A stretch of 32,000 nt of DNA from Candidatus Scalindua sp. (GCA_031316235.1 JALDRA010000001.1:2310001-2342000), one strand, 5' to 3'; numbered from the stretch's first letter, positions 9,099 to 18,530 are shown. Program-made: numbers and translations. Notes: generated from the letters alone by a model not told the origin.

Positions 9099-11228
9099 TC
9101 ATATGACACGGCTTGCTATTCCGATTTCTTTCAGTGCCGGCTGGTAAAACTTTAACGCGTATTCTTTCACCATCCGGCGCGCGCTGAATGCCGCTCCGGT
9201 GCTTTTTATAGACTCCTTCATGAATCTGATCCACTCATGAGGGACCCCGTCCTGATCCTGGTTGTAATAAAGAGGAACAACATCATTCTCCAGCAGCCGA
9301 TAAATTGATTCAGCATCTCCGGTATCTGATCCGCTTTCCTTAAAGGCCCAGCCGTTTTTACCGTTGTACCCCTCCAGCCACCATCCGTCAAGTATACTGA
9401 GCTGTGGGACACCATTGAGAGAAGCCTTCATTCCGCTTGTCCCTGAAGCTTCCATCGGCGGAACTGGATTATTAAGCCAGACATCAACACCGTGCACAAG
9501 ATATTGAGCAAGTTGTTCATTATAATTCTCAATAAAGGCGATATGGCCGCCCATGGCAGGGTCACAGACCTTTTGAAAGACGTCCTGAAGTATTCTCTTA
9601 CCCTCGTTATCGGCGGGATGTGCCTTTCCCGCGAATATTATCTGCACCGGCCTCCACCGGTTATTGAGCAGCCGTTTCAGCCGCTCCAGGTCTGAAAAGA
9701 TCAGGTATGCCCTCTTATAGGTTGCAAAGCGGCGTGCGAATCCGATGGTTAAGGCGAGAGGATCCAGAAGCGTGCCTCCCGAGATCACTTTCAGCGGATC
9801 AGCCCTCTCTTCCACCCACTCTTTGCGTGCAAGTTCCCTCACCGCATTTACCAGTTTTGTCTTCGTCCACCTGGAAACATGCCATAGATCCTGGTTCGGA
9901 ATGTCCTCAACAGCCTTCCACAGGTCGGGACTATCGTGATGCTGTTTCCAGTCCGGGCCGAGATACTTGTTAAAAAGGAGTTCCATCTTCGGCTCTAGCC
10001 AGGTAGGCACATGCACACCGTTGGTTATGTAATCAATGGGCACATCATCTACTTTTTTATCGGGCCACAGAGACTTCCACATTTGACGGGAAACTTCTCC
10101 ATGTTTTTTACTGACACCGTTATGATATGCCGTCAGATTCAAGGCAAGTACAGACATATTAAATCCGGCGGAAGGATTTTCCGGGTGCAGCCCCAGACGG
10201 TAGAAAGAGTCACGGCTCAATCCGAAATGGGAATAGTAACTGCTGAAATATTTGTCCATGAGAGGGAACGGGAAGACGTCAATTCCCGCGGGAACCGGGG
10301 TATGGGTTGTAAAAATTGATGTTTTCCGGGTGTTCTGGACAGCATCATCATAGCTCATGCCACTGGTCATTCTGCTTCTTACTCTCTCAAGCAGTGCAAA
10401 TGAGGTGTGTCCTTCATTGAGATGCAAAAGGTAATCATCTATTCCAACTGCCCGCAGGGCCTCACTGCCGCCGATTCCGAGAACAAGCTCCTGCAGCAGC
10501 CGGTGTTCGATGTCGCCGACGTACAGTTGTGATGTGATTGACCTGTGCCAGGGGACATTTATTTCAACATCGGTATCCATGAGATAGAGGGTGACCCGGC
10601 CGACATCCACTTTCCAGAGGGCAACATGGATCGGGGGATCAGTAAATGGAACTTTAACTACCAGCTGTTTCCCCTCTTTATCAAGGACTCTCGTAATAGG
10701 GGTTACGTCTCTGTCCAGGGTTTCATCGACACTTTCCTGCCAGCCGTCAATACGGATTCTCTGTCGGAAGTACCCTTCGGGATACATAAATCCGATTGCA
10801 ACCAGCGGAATACCGAGGTCACTGCACTCCTTGATATGGTCTCCGGCCAGAAAACCCAGCCCTCCGGCATAAAAGGGAAGGGAGTGATGCAGGCCGTACT
10901 CCGCAGAAAAATAGGCAATCGGCGGACAGGCTGCACAGGTAATTTTCTCAGTGAACCAGCAGCTGAGTATTTCCATGTAACGGTTGAATTCAGTCATGGT
11001 TTTATCATAGTGTTTCAGATACTGGGGATTATTTGCCGCTGATTCCAGAATCTCAGCAGGAATTTCCCTGAGCATCCTGACAGGATCGTGAACGCACTCT
11101 TTCCATGCCTGCCTGTCCAGCGATTTAAAAATCAGTCGCGTCGCCGGATTCCAGCTCCACCACAGATTATATGCCAACCCGGCGAGACCGTTTATTCTTT
11201 CCGGTATGTTAGGAAAATTTTTTGTCAT
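9099..11228 (-). CDS. glgP: Alpha-glucan (glycogen/maltodextrin) phosphorylase, GT35, short bacterial type
   Basis: 709 aa. N-terminal LAYNLWWSWN region, PLP-lysine motif EASGTSGMKASLNG, NEGH, TNGV. Confidence 0.9.
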   Translation of the reverse strand: MTKNFPNIPERINGLAGLAYNLWWSWNPATRLIFKSLDRQAWKECVHDPVRMLREIPAEILESAANNPQYLKHYDKTMTEFNRYMEILSCWFTEKITCAACPPIAYFSAEYGLHHSLPFYAGGLGFLAGDHIKECSDLGIPLVAIGFMYPEGYFRQRIRIDGWQESVDETLDRDVTPITRVLDKEGKQLVVKVPFTDPPIHVALWKVDVGRVTLYLMDTDVEINVPWHRSITSQLYVGDIEHRLLQELVLGIGGSEALRAVGIDDYLLHLNEGHTSFALLERVRSRMTSGMSYDDAVQNTRKTSIFTTHTPVPAGIDVFPFPLMDKYFSSYYSHFGLSRDSFYRLGLHPENPSAGFNMSVLALNLTAYHNGVSKKHGEVSRQMWKSLWPDKKVDDVPIDYITNGVHVPTWLEPKMELLFNKYLGPDWKQHHDSPDLWKAVEDIPNQDLWHVSRWTKTKLVNAVRELARKEWVEERADPLKVISGGTLLDPLALTIGFARRFATYKRAYLIFSDLERLKRLLNNRWRPVQIIFAGKAHPADNEGKRILQDVFQKVCDPAMGGHIAFIENYNEQLAQYLVHGVDVWLNNPVPPMEASGTSGMKASLNGVPQLSILDGWWLEGYNGKNGWAFKESGSDTGDAESIYRLLENDVVPLYYNQDQDGVPHEWIRFMKESIKSTGAAFSARRMVKEYALKFYQPALKEIGIASRVI

Positions 11229-11501
11229 GTTTGATCATGTTTGATATCGTAGAGAAGGATCATACATCTACCTCAGCTGTTGTCAATAGTCTGGAACTCA
11301 GGATAATCGTCAAATCATCGATGGTATCTCTGTCTTGTTCGATTTTCCATACTATCTTTCCCGTCATGGAAATCCTCTACTGCCTTCCAGGCCTTGTCTC
11401 TTAATTGCCCGGTTATTGAAACAAAAAGAAATTTTATCTTTCCAAAAGCAGATTTAACTATATAATTTTTTTTTTACTTTGTATAGTGTTTTCTTGTAAT
11501 T

Positions 11502-14222
11502 ATGCAAGAAGAGAGAAAATTCAGTGTAACAATGTCTAATCCTGAAAAAAGGCTTCAAAATCCTATAAAAAGAATATTTAATCCCTCAACAATAGCGCTC
11601 ATTGGTGCTACCGAGAGAGAGGGTTCTGTCGGGAAGACCATTCTGGAAAACTTACTGCTCAGTAAAGAGAGAAAGATATTTCCCGTAAATCCGAACAGAG
11701 ATACGGTGCTTGGAATGGCGTGCTATGCGGATGTTGCACAGGTTCCAGAGGAGATTGATCTTGCGATCATAGTAACACCTGCCCGGATAGTGCTGGAATC
11801 TGTTACACAGTGCGGTAAGGCAGGTGTAACGGGGATAATAATAATCTCTGCAGGTTTCAGAGAGACCGGAAAAGAAGGCCGGGAACTGGAAGACCAGATA
11901 AGTAAAATCGGGAAGCAATACGGAATGAGAATCATAGGACCTAACTGCATGGGAGTCATCAGGCCGAATATTGGCTTAAATGCATCATTTTTCAAGGCTA
12001 ATCCTGAACCGGGAAACATTGCCTTTATCTCTCAAAGCGGCGCGCTGGGGAGTGCTGTACTGGATTGGGCAATCAGCGCGCATATAGGGTTCAGTATGTT
12101 TGCATCCATTGGTTCAATGCTGGATGTTGCTATAAGCGACTTGATAGATTTTCTTGGAGATGACCCTGACACAAAAAGTATTATGATTTATATGGAGAGT
12201 ATCGGAAATGCAAAAAAGTTCATGAGTGCAGCAAGGGGATATGCACGTAACAAACCCATAATTGTTGTTAAACCGGGAAAGTATGATGAAAGTGCAAAGG
12301 CTGCAATGTCTCATACCGGCGCTATAGCAGGAGACGATCAGGTTTATGATGCAGCCTTCAAGAGGGTTGGTGTCGTGAGAGTAAAAAATATAGCAGATTT
12401 ATTTGATGTTGCAACGGTTCTTGATTCAAAGAATCTACCCAAAAGTCAGAGATTGGCGATTATTACCAATGCCGGTGGACCGGGAGTCATGGCTACCGAT
12501 GCATTGATTGAACTGGGAGGGGAACTTGCACATCTCTCTGATAAAAGCCTGGCAGAGCTTAATACGTGCTTACCCCCCTACTGGAGTAAAGGCAATCCCC
12601 TTGACGTTTTGGGGGATGCGGACAATGAAAGATATCTTAAAGCCATAAACATCTGTTTAAATGATCCCGGTGTAGACGGCATTTTAATAATTTACACGCC
12701 TCAGGGCGCTACAAAACCGCATGAACTGGCAAAAACCGTTGTCGAAATTTTCAAAAATGCATCGAAACCGATCTTGACTGCATGGATTGGCGGAGATGAT
12801 ATTCAGAAAGCACGAAAAAATTTGATACAAAACGGCATACCAACATATGAAACACCTGAGGATGCCGTTAAGACATATCTCTACATGTACAAGTATTTTA
12901 GAAATCTCAAGCTGTTATATGAAACACCGGTTGAATTGTCGACAGACTTGTCACCGGCAAAACATAATCTAAAAGCACTCATAAAAAGAACTATTACCGA
13001 GGGGAGAAAAGTTCTTACTGAGGAAGAATCCAAGAGGTTTTTAATCAATTACGGCATCCCGACAACCAAACCATATCTGAGCAGAGACGTTGAAGACGCC
13101 GTATGCATGGCGGGCAGAATTGGTTATCCGGTAGTACTGAAAATTACTTCTCCAGACATTACTCACAAAAGTGACATAGGAGGTGTTTTAACCGGCATAC
13201 ATTCTGATGAAGGATTAAGGGCAGGATACAACAGCCTGATTAAGAATGTCAAAAAAAATGTGCCGGAGGCGAGAATGGTGGGCGTGTCCATACAGAAGAT
13301 GATCCTGGATGTAGATTACGAGCTTATACTGGGCGTAAAAAAGGACAAGGATTTTGGTTCTGTTATCCTTTTCGGTATGGGAGGTGTCGATGTTGAAATA
13401 TTCAGGGATATCTCCATAGGACTGCCTCCATTGAATCAGACTCTGGCAAAAAGGTTAATGGAAGAGACAAAAGTATACCAGATGCTTAAAGGGTTCAGGG
13501 GGAGAACTCCTGCTGATATGAGACAATTAGAGCAGATACTGGTAAATTTCTCAGACTTGATAGTAGATTTCCCAGAGATTGCAGAAATGGACATAAACCC
13601 GCTTGCGGTATCGAACGGTAAACCATATGCCCTTGATGCCAGGATCATCCTTGACAGTGACGCCCTGAAGTATACAGTACAATTTCCCCATTTAGTAATT
13701 ACACCCTATCCGACGAGATATATCATTCCCTGGAAATTGTCAGATGGAACCGAAGTAACCTTAAGGCCGATCAGGCCTGAAGATGAACCGTTAGAACATG
13801 AAATGCTGACGACCCTGTCCAAAGAGGCATTGATAGGGAGATTCTTTCAGGCAATCAAGGATATTACACATGAGATGCTCTTTAGATTCTGCAACATAGA
13901 CTACGATAGAGAAATGGCTATTGTCGCTGAATTAAGAGAAGATAAAAAAAGAAGGATAATCGGTATTGGAAGGCTGATTATTGAGGCAGAGTTCAAGAAT
14001 GCAGAGTTTGCAGTTGTTGTTCATGATACATTTCAGGGGAAAGGGCTAGGGCATAAGCTCATAGATACATTGATAGGAATTGCACAGGAAAAGGAATTGG
14101 AGAAGATGTACGGCATCGTTCTGACAGATAATGAAAGGATGTTAACGGTTTGCAGAGAATTAGGTTTTATCATAAAACACCTGCCGGATGGGATCAGTAT
14201 GGCTGAATTGGTATTAAAGTAA
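11502..14222 (+). CDS. ADP-forming acetyl-CoA synthetase-like domains fused to a C-terminal GNAT (Pat/PatZ-type protein acetyltransferase architecture)
   Basis: 906 aa. CoA-binding IALIGATEREGSVG, ligase-CoA region with MSHTGAIAG, an ATP-grasp part, and a C-terminal GNAT with QGKGLGHKL. The start may be the internal Met at 11532. Confidence 0.8.
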   Translation: MQEERKFSVTMSNPEKRLQNPIKRIFNPSTIALIGATEREGSVGKTILENLLLSKERKIFPVNPNRDTVLGMACYADVAQVPEEIDLAIIVTPARIVLESVTQCGKAGVTGIIIISAGFRETGKEGRELEDQISKIGKQYGMRIIGPNCMGVIRPNIGLNASFFKANPEPGNIAFISQSGALGSAVLDWAISAHIGFSMFASIGSMLDVAISDLIDFLGDDPDTKSIMIYMESIGNAKKFMSAARGYARNKPIIVVKPGKYDESAKAAMSHTGAIAGDDQVYDAAFKRVGVVRVKNIADLFDVATVLDSKNLPKSQRLAIITNAGGPGVMATDALIELGGELAHLSDKSLAELNTCLPPYWSKGNPLDVLGDADNERYLKAINICLNDPGVDGILIIYTPQGATKPHELAKTVVEIFKNASKPILTAWIGGDDIQKARKNLIQNGIPTYETPEDAVKTYLYMYKYFRNLKLLYETPVELSTDLSPAKHNLKALIKRTITEGRKVLTEEESKRFLINYGIPTTKPYLSRDVEDAVCMAGRIGYPVVLKITSPDITHKSDIGGVLTGIHSDEGLRAGYNSLIKNVKKNVPEARMVGVSIQKMILDVDYELILGVKKDKDFGSVILFGMGGVDVEIFRDISIGLPPLNQTLAKRLMEETKVYQMLKGFRGRTPADMRQLEQILVNFSDLIVDFPEIAEMDINPLAVSNGKPYALDARIILDSDALKYTVQFPHLVITPYPTRYIIPWKLSDGTEVTLRPIRPEDEPLEHEMLTTLSKEALIGRFFQAIKDITHEMLFRFCNIDYDREMAIVAELREDKKRRIIGIGRLIIEAEFKNAEFAVVVHDTFQGKGLGHKLIDTLIGIAQEKELEKMYGIVLTDNERMLTVCRELGFIIKHLPDGISMAELVLK

Positions 14223-14249
14223 CCTGAAAAATTCTCATTGTATAGTCAA

Positions 14250-17222
14250 TCATCTCTCCTCAAATTGTTTAATAATCTGGCCTAATTCACCCATTTTCCT
14301 TAACGCGATGAGATCCTGGCCGGCTACTGCCCCGGCATTTTTCCCAAAACGTTTTTTTCTTTTATCCGGATCTAAAACTTCATCGAGCGCCTTGATGCCT
14401 TTCTTCAATAATTCAATTTTTCCCAGGCGTTTTCCAAACTCCAGATAAAGGTTGACTTTATTTTTATGTTGATAGACGTAGGGAAGATACCCCTGCGCCT
14501 TATCAATCATCCGGTCCAAAGCCTCAATGGCCCTTGAGAGAGTCTCTTCCGCACCCCTGGGATGCCCTAGCACAATTAATTCTCGTGCATGATAAGCATG
14601 TATTACCGCTTCAAAAAGGAAGATCCCCTGCTCCAGGTTATAATCCAGGACATTATTTTGTTCCCGTTGTATTTTTGCCCTCTGTTTTTGCTGTTTAATG
14701 ATCTGCTCTTCGATGGTTAAGCTCGTCGGGCGTACAAATTTTGTTTCTACCTCCACCAGGTGATCGTCTGCTTCCTGAAGCTGTGTTTTTGTTGGAACGA
14801 GGGCTGACAAGAATTGCAGAATGAAATCATCTTGTAAGAGAAGCGGAATTTCAAAAAGCTGAGCGATGTTGGCGATCTTTCCAGAATTCTGTTTACTCCG
14901 GTATTCAAGAATTGCCTGAATTATTTTTCTGGATAAACCATACCTGGATTCAAATTGAGATGAGAGTCCTGAGGTATCAACATTTCTCCCGTTGGCTGGA
15001 TCAGTTTTCTCCTTATTAATGAGATCAAGAAATCCCCAGTAGGCCTCCATCATACCGTTTCGTATGGAAGGAGGTGATTCTCTAAAGACCGTTACCAGTA
15101 ATAAACTCATCCAGATATCTCCATGCGATCTGTGTAATTCTTTTTCGTAGTTACTGACCAGTTTTGTCTTACGCAGCTCTGTAAATACCTCGTAGGCTTT
15201 CTTGTAACGGTACAAAAGGCGTTGTTCCTTTTCCTCGGGAAATTCTTTCCTTTCCCACATGCGAGCAATCTCATCATGATAGCTGTGGATTATCTCCCAC
15301 AGGCTGAGTCCGTTATACCTTTCCATCAAGTCGATCTCATGTCCGGTATATTTATAAGCCTCCCTCCAGTATTCGAAGGCCTTCGGAATGAGAGTGAGAG
15401 ATTTTTGTTTTCCCTCCACCCCTTTCACCCAATTGTCTTCTGCCAGCTGAATGGTCCGATCCATTTTATCTATAGCTATTCTTCTCAGGAAGCGTCGCAG
15501 GCGCAGAGAATCTTCATTTTCAGTATAAATCAATGCTTTCTTGAATATCTCTGTTGCCCTTTTAATAGCGACATCAGGTTTTCCTATACCCAGGACCTCT
15601 GATCCTCTGATATATAACTCTGCGATGGCTATATTTCTCTGAATTATTTTTGAATGACAGTCTGCAGAAAGCCTTGATGCATTCCTGATGGTTTCCCTGG
15701 CCTTCCTCCACTTTCCAAACTCTGCATAGGCGAGACCCAGGTGATAGAGGTTTTCTGCCTTTTTCTCTTCCGACCCGGATATCCGAACTTCCGACAGGTA
15801 GTGAGTGATACTTGTCTCAAATTCTAACTCCAGGTTAATGATTCCTTTCTCTTTGGGGCCGAGCCACAACACATTCACCAGGGCATTGCCTGATTTTTCA
15901 TTGATCCGTAAGCGTTGAATTCCACCTCCCCAATAGGGATTCTCCCTGATTATGCCAACGGCCATTACACTTTCATTGAGATCAGCCTTAATCATATCCT
16001 GGTGTGTATAGATTTTATTCCGACCGCTAACAGGATCTATCAAGACAAAGTTGAATCGTTTGGCATTACGTTTCTCGCGTGGTGAAAAATTATCAACATT
16101 ATCAAAATGGGTGTAGGCCACACCCTGATAGAGATACTCGGTCGAAATAGGGATACCGGCAAAATTGCCGCCATATTTTGCGACAAGCCAGGCGCTGTTA
16201 AGGGTTCCCGGCATCCCACCAGAACCAATCAGCATATCGATATCACCTAAAGCGATCTCAATGCCTTGTGACCAGTCATCATTTAAGACCCAGGTAATAT
16301 TTCCCTCGGTAAGTATTCCGGGGCCTTCTCTGAGATCTTTGCCGATTTTAAAGAAATCTTTTTTGCCCACATGAAAACCACTGGTTTTCAGTGCCTTGTA
16401 AATATCCTCATGACGTTTTCGCCAGAGAACAGCAATTTTCACGTTCCACCGGGTTTTGCCGTTTTCCTTTCCTGCAGTATCAAATCCTTCACCCAGTAAT
16501 TTTGCCATGAGATTAATATCCAGGCTTCTGCTGGTTGAATGAAGAGCCTGTTCAAAAATCTTTTTTAAATCAATCTGCTTGAATTTATCACCGACAATGA
16601 TCTTGAACATATAATCATCCGGAAGATCCTGGAAGGCATATGCCTCTCCATCCTTAACAGCCCCGAAGAGCACGGACGTAAGTGTCCTGATTTTCTCAGG
16701 ACTGACAATGCCTTGCTGGGATTCCAGGATATTTAACACAAGATCAATCTGCCTCCCTTCAAAACAGTAACCCAGTGTCTCTCCATGAATCAGGGTGGGT
16801 CGTACAACCAGGGTAATACTCTTTCGTTCGCCTTCGGTACCTTTCACTACAATGAACACATGCCGGGTATTCATCAATTCCCTCAACCACCAGACCTGCA
16901 TTCCTCGATAACGGGATAAATTAATCGGATTGCCATTTGTAACAATATATTTGCCTGCATGGGCAGATATTCTTCCCACCATAAGAACTGATCCAACGAC
17001 AAGCTCCCCCAATGTTCCGTTTAGATCCACTGATATTTCATCAGGAGCAATTTTCTCTTGTCGATTACCACTGAGCAGACGGTTTGCGTCCCTGACCTTG
17101 AGCCCAAGGATATTGAGCTCCCGCTCAGGTTCAAAAAAGGTCTCTATTGCCTCAATTAAGGGCAATATTTTTGCGTTATGTGCTGGAATGGCGGAGTTCA
17201 TCTGCTGCTTACGACTATTCAT
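14250..17222 (-). CDS. Large uncharacterised protein: divergent GlpX-like (class II FBPase fold) core plus ~500-aa alpha-helical/TPR-like C-terminal region
   Basis: 990-aa uninterrupted ORF. YMFKIIVGDKFKQIDL, KIAVLWRKRHEDIYKALKTSGFHV and DIDMLIGSGGMPGTLNSAWLVAKYGG resemble E. coli GlpX YMEKLIVGPGAKGTIDL, TVTILAKPRHDAVIAEMQQLGVRV and EVDVLYGIGGAPEGVVSAAVIRALDG (recalled from memory). The C-terminal half is helical repeat-like (YHLGLAYAEFGKWRKARE). Confidence 0.6.
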   Translation of the reverse strand: MNSRKQQMNSAIPAHNAKILPLIEAIETFFEPERELNILGLKVRDANRLLSGNRQEKIAPDEISVDLNGTLGELVVGSVLMVGRISAHAGKYIVTNGNPINLSRYRGMQVWWLRELMNTRHVFIVVKGTEGERKSITLVVRPTLIHGETLGYCFEGRQIDLVLNILESQQGIVSPEKIRTLTSVLFGAVKDGEAYAFQDLPDDYMFKIIVGDKFKQIDLKKIFEQALHSTSRSLDINLMAKLLGEGFDTAGKENGKTRWNVKIAVLWRKRHEDIYKALKTSGFHVGKKDFFKIGKDLREGPGILTEGNITWVLNDDWSQGIEIALGDIDMLIGSGGMPGTLNSAWLVAKYGGNFAGIPISTEYLYQGVAYTHFDNVDNFSPREKRNAKRFNFVLIDPVSGRNKIYTHQDMIKADLNESVMAVGIIRENPYWGGGIQRLRINEKSGNALVNVLWLGPKEKGIINLELEFETSITHYLSEVRISGSEEKKAENLYHLGLAYAEFGKWRKARETIRNASRLSADCHSKIIQRNIAIAELYIRGSEVLGIGKPDVAIKRATEIFKKALIYTENEDSLRLRRFLRRIAIDKMDRTIQLAEDNWVKGVEGKQKSLTLIPKAFEYWREAYKYTGHEIDLMERYNGLSLWEIIHSYHDEIARMWERKEFPEEKEQRLLYRYKKAYEVFTELRKTKLVSNYEKELHRSHGDIWMSLLLVTVFRESPPSIRNGMMEAYWGFLDLINKEKTDPANGRNVDTSGLSSQFESRYGLSRKIIQAILEYRSKQNSGKIANIAQLFEIPLLLQDDFILQFLSALVPTKTQLQEADDHLVEVETKFVRPTSLTIEEQIIKQQKQRAKIQREQNNVLDYNLEQGIFLFEAVIHAYHARELIVLGHPRGAEETLSRAIEALDRMIDKAQGYLPYVYQHKNKVNLYLEFGKRLGKIELLKKGIKALDEVLDPDKRKKRFGKNAGAVAGQDLIALRKMGELGQIIKQFEER

Positions 17223-17242
17223 GGAAAATTTTCTCTCATACC

Positions 17243-17406
17243 CTTCACAAATTGATTTTCGGTTTTCAGAACCAGATTTTACCTGGACGCTGCATTTTCC
17301 CCGATCACAAAGTCCCGGGTCTTTTTTGTCCAGAGAAAATCCTCAACGTAGTCTTGCCAGGCTTCTGGTTTTTAGAAAAACTGAAAACCAGATCGGTTTT
17401 AGTATA
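17243..17406 (+). repeat. Mosaic copy of the interspersed element: degenerate B-like module, C-like spacer, then an intact B module with a different stem apex
   Basis: 17243-17280 CCTTCACAAATTGATTTTCGGTTTTCAGAACCAGAT is a decayed B. 17310-17336 AAAGTCCCGGGTCTTTTTTGTCCAGAG matches about 20/27 (by hand) of the reverse complement of the 27-bp unit at 22851-22877. 17353-17406 CTTGCCAGGCTTCTGGTTTTTAGAAAAACTGAAAACCAGATCGGTTTTAGTATA is an intact B. Confidence 0.7.
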
Positions 17407-17522
17407 TATAGAGTGTGCGAACGAAAACCCGGTGTTTGACCAGCCAGGACGGATATGTACCGGAATTTGAGAATTTATCAATAAAAATCTCTTAGAGGGG
17501 TTTTACAGAAATACCAGCTCAT

Positions 17523-18530
17523 TCATTCCATATCAACTGTATATTTTCCCTGCGTTGCCAGGCCATTTAGCCTTGCTCGTTTCAGGAAGGCATCCTGACC
17601 GGCTTTAAAATTTTCCTGTTTACCCTGCCATGCCTTTAATGCAGGTTCCTGCAAAGCGCGGGCAAATGAAAAGCTGACATACCACGGCAGATTTTCTCCT
17701 ATCGTGTGTATCCTGTTAAGATGGGCAGTTGCCTCAACCGGAGTCTGCCCTCCAGACAGGAAATTTATGCTTGGCAGCTCAGCAGGTACCGTTGTCTTAA
17801 GGCATCTGATAGTCTGCTCTGCAACCTGATCCACGTCCGCACGATTCACTGCCTCTTTTCCAGAAATAACCATGCTTGGTTTCAACACACAGAGATCAAT
17901 CCTCACATGTTCTCTCTTTAAAGATTCAAAAACTTCCTTTAAGACTTTTTCCGTTGCTTCATAACACTGTTCAATCGAGTGTGTTCCATCAATCAGTACC
18001 TCCGGCTCGACAATCGGAACAAAGCCATGTTCATGGCATATTTTTGCATATATGGTAAGATCCCGGGCATTTCTTTTTATAGCCTCAGCACCTGGAGTGT
18101 TTTCTGAAATAGTGTAGACGGCTCTCCATTTTGCAAACCGTACCCCTGACTTTTTGTAACTCTTCAGCCGGTCTCCCAACCCTTCCAATCCTTTTGTGTA
18201 TTTTTCTCCACCTTCGTTCAAATCTGCCAGACCCTGATCAACTTTTATTCCAGGCACTATTCCATTTTTTTGTAAAACCTCAGGAAATAAAACACCACTA
18301 TCAGATTTCTGATGCAGAGTCTCCTCAAAAAGAATTACCCCGGAAATGTAATTTTCCATTCCCGGTGTCGTTAAAATCAAATTCCTGTATTGTCTCCTCG
18401 TTTCCTCAGTTGATTCAACGTTAATGGATGCAAGTCTTTTTGCAGCGGTTTTTTCGCTTTCATCAGCGGCCAGTATTCCTCTTCCCGTAATGACCATATC
18501 CCTTACTGTCTGTTTTAATTCTTCTTCCAT
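17523..18530 (-). CDS. fba: Fructose-bisphosphate aldolase, class I (eukaryote-like type)
   Basis: 335 aa. GILAADESEKTAAKRL, VILFEETL, GIKVDQG, FAKWRAV, IVPIVEPEVL, Schiff-base lysine context LKPSMV, FLSGGQ, SFSFARALQ. Collinear with vertebrate aldolase A as I remember it. Confidence 0.92.
   Translation of the reverse strand: MEEELKQTVRDMVITGRGILAADESEKTAAKRLASINVESTEETRRQYRNLILTTPGMENYISGVILFEETLHQKSDSGVLFPEVLQKNGIVPGIKVDQGLADLNEGGEKYTKGLEGLGDRLKSYKKSGVRFAKWRAVYTISENTPGAEAIKRNARDLTIYAKICHEHGFVPIVEPEVLIDGTHSIEQCYEATEKVLKEVFESLKREHVRIDLCVLKPSMVISGKEAVNRADVDQVAEQTIRCLKTTVPAELPSINFLSGGQTPVEATAHLNRIHTIGENLPWYVSFSFARALQEPALKAWQGKQENFKAGQDAFLKRARLNGLATQGKYTVDME

Noticed and set aside
9218-11042. 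Multiple 60-165-aa ORFs on both strands inside the glgP locus, with similar shadow ORFs inside the 990-aa gene, pat, fba and the MFS gene.
   Set aside because: They are fully nested in long, motif-supported CDSs and show no independent coding evidence.
11226-11245. 10-bp tandem duplication CATGTTTGAT x2 spanning the glgP start codon. It creates an out-of-frame 9-codon upstream ORF (MIKHDKKFS) on the minus strand.
   Set aside because: It is real in the sequence but most simply explained as a slippage duplication. There is no basis for a functional claim.
17353-17406. Module B interpreted simply as a Rho-independent terminator (hairpin followed by CGGTTTTAG).
   Set aside because: The T-run is short and offset from the stem. 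Most full copies sit upstream of genes or in divergent promoter regions rather than at 3' ends. The element also occurs in either orientation relative to neighbouring genes. Terminator activity may exist, but it cannot be the whole explanation.
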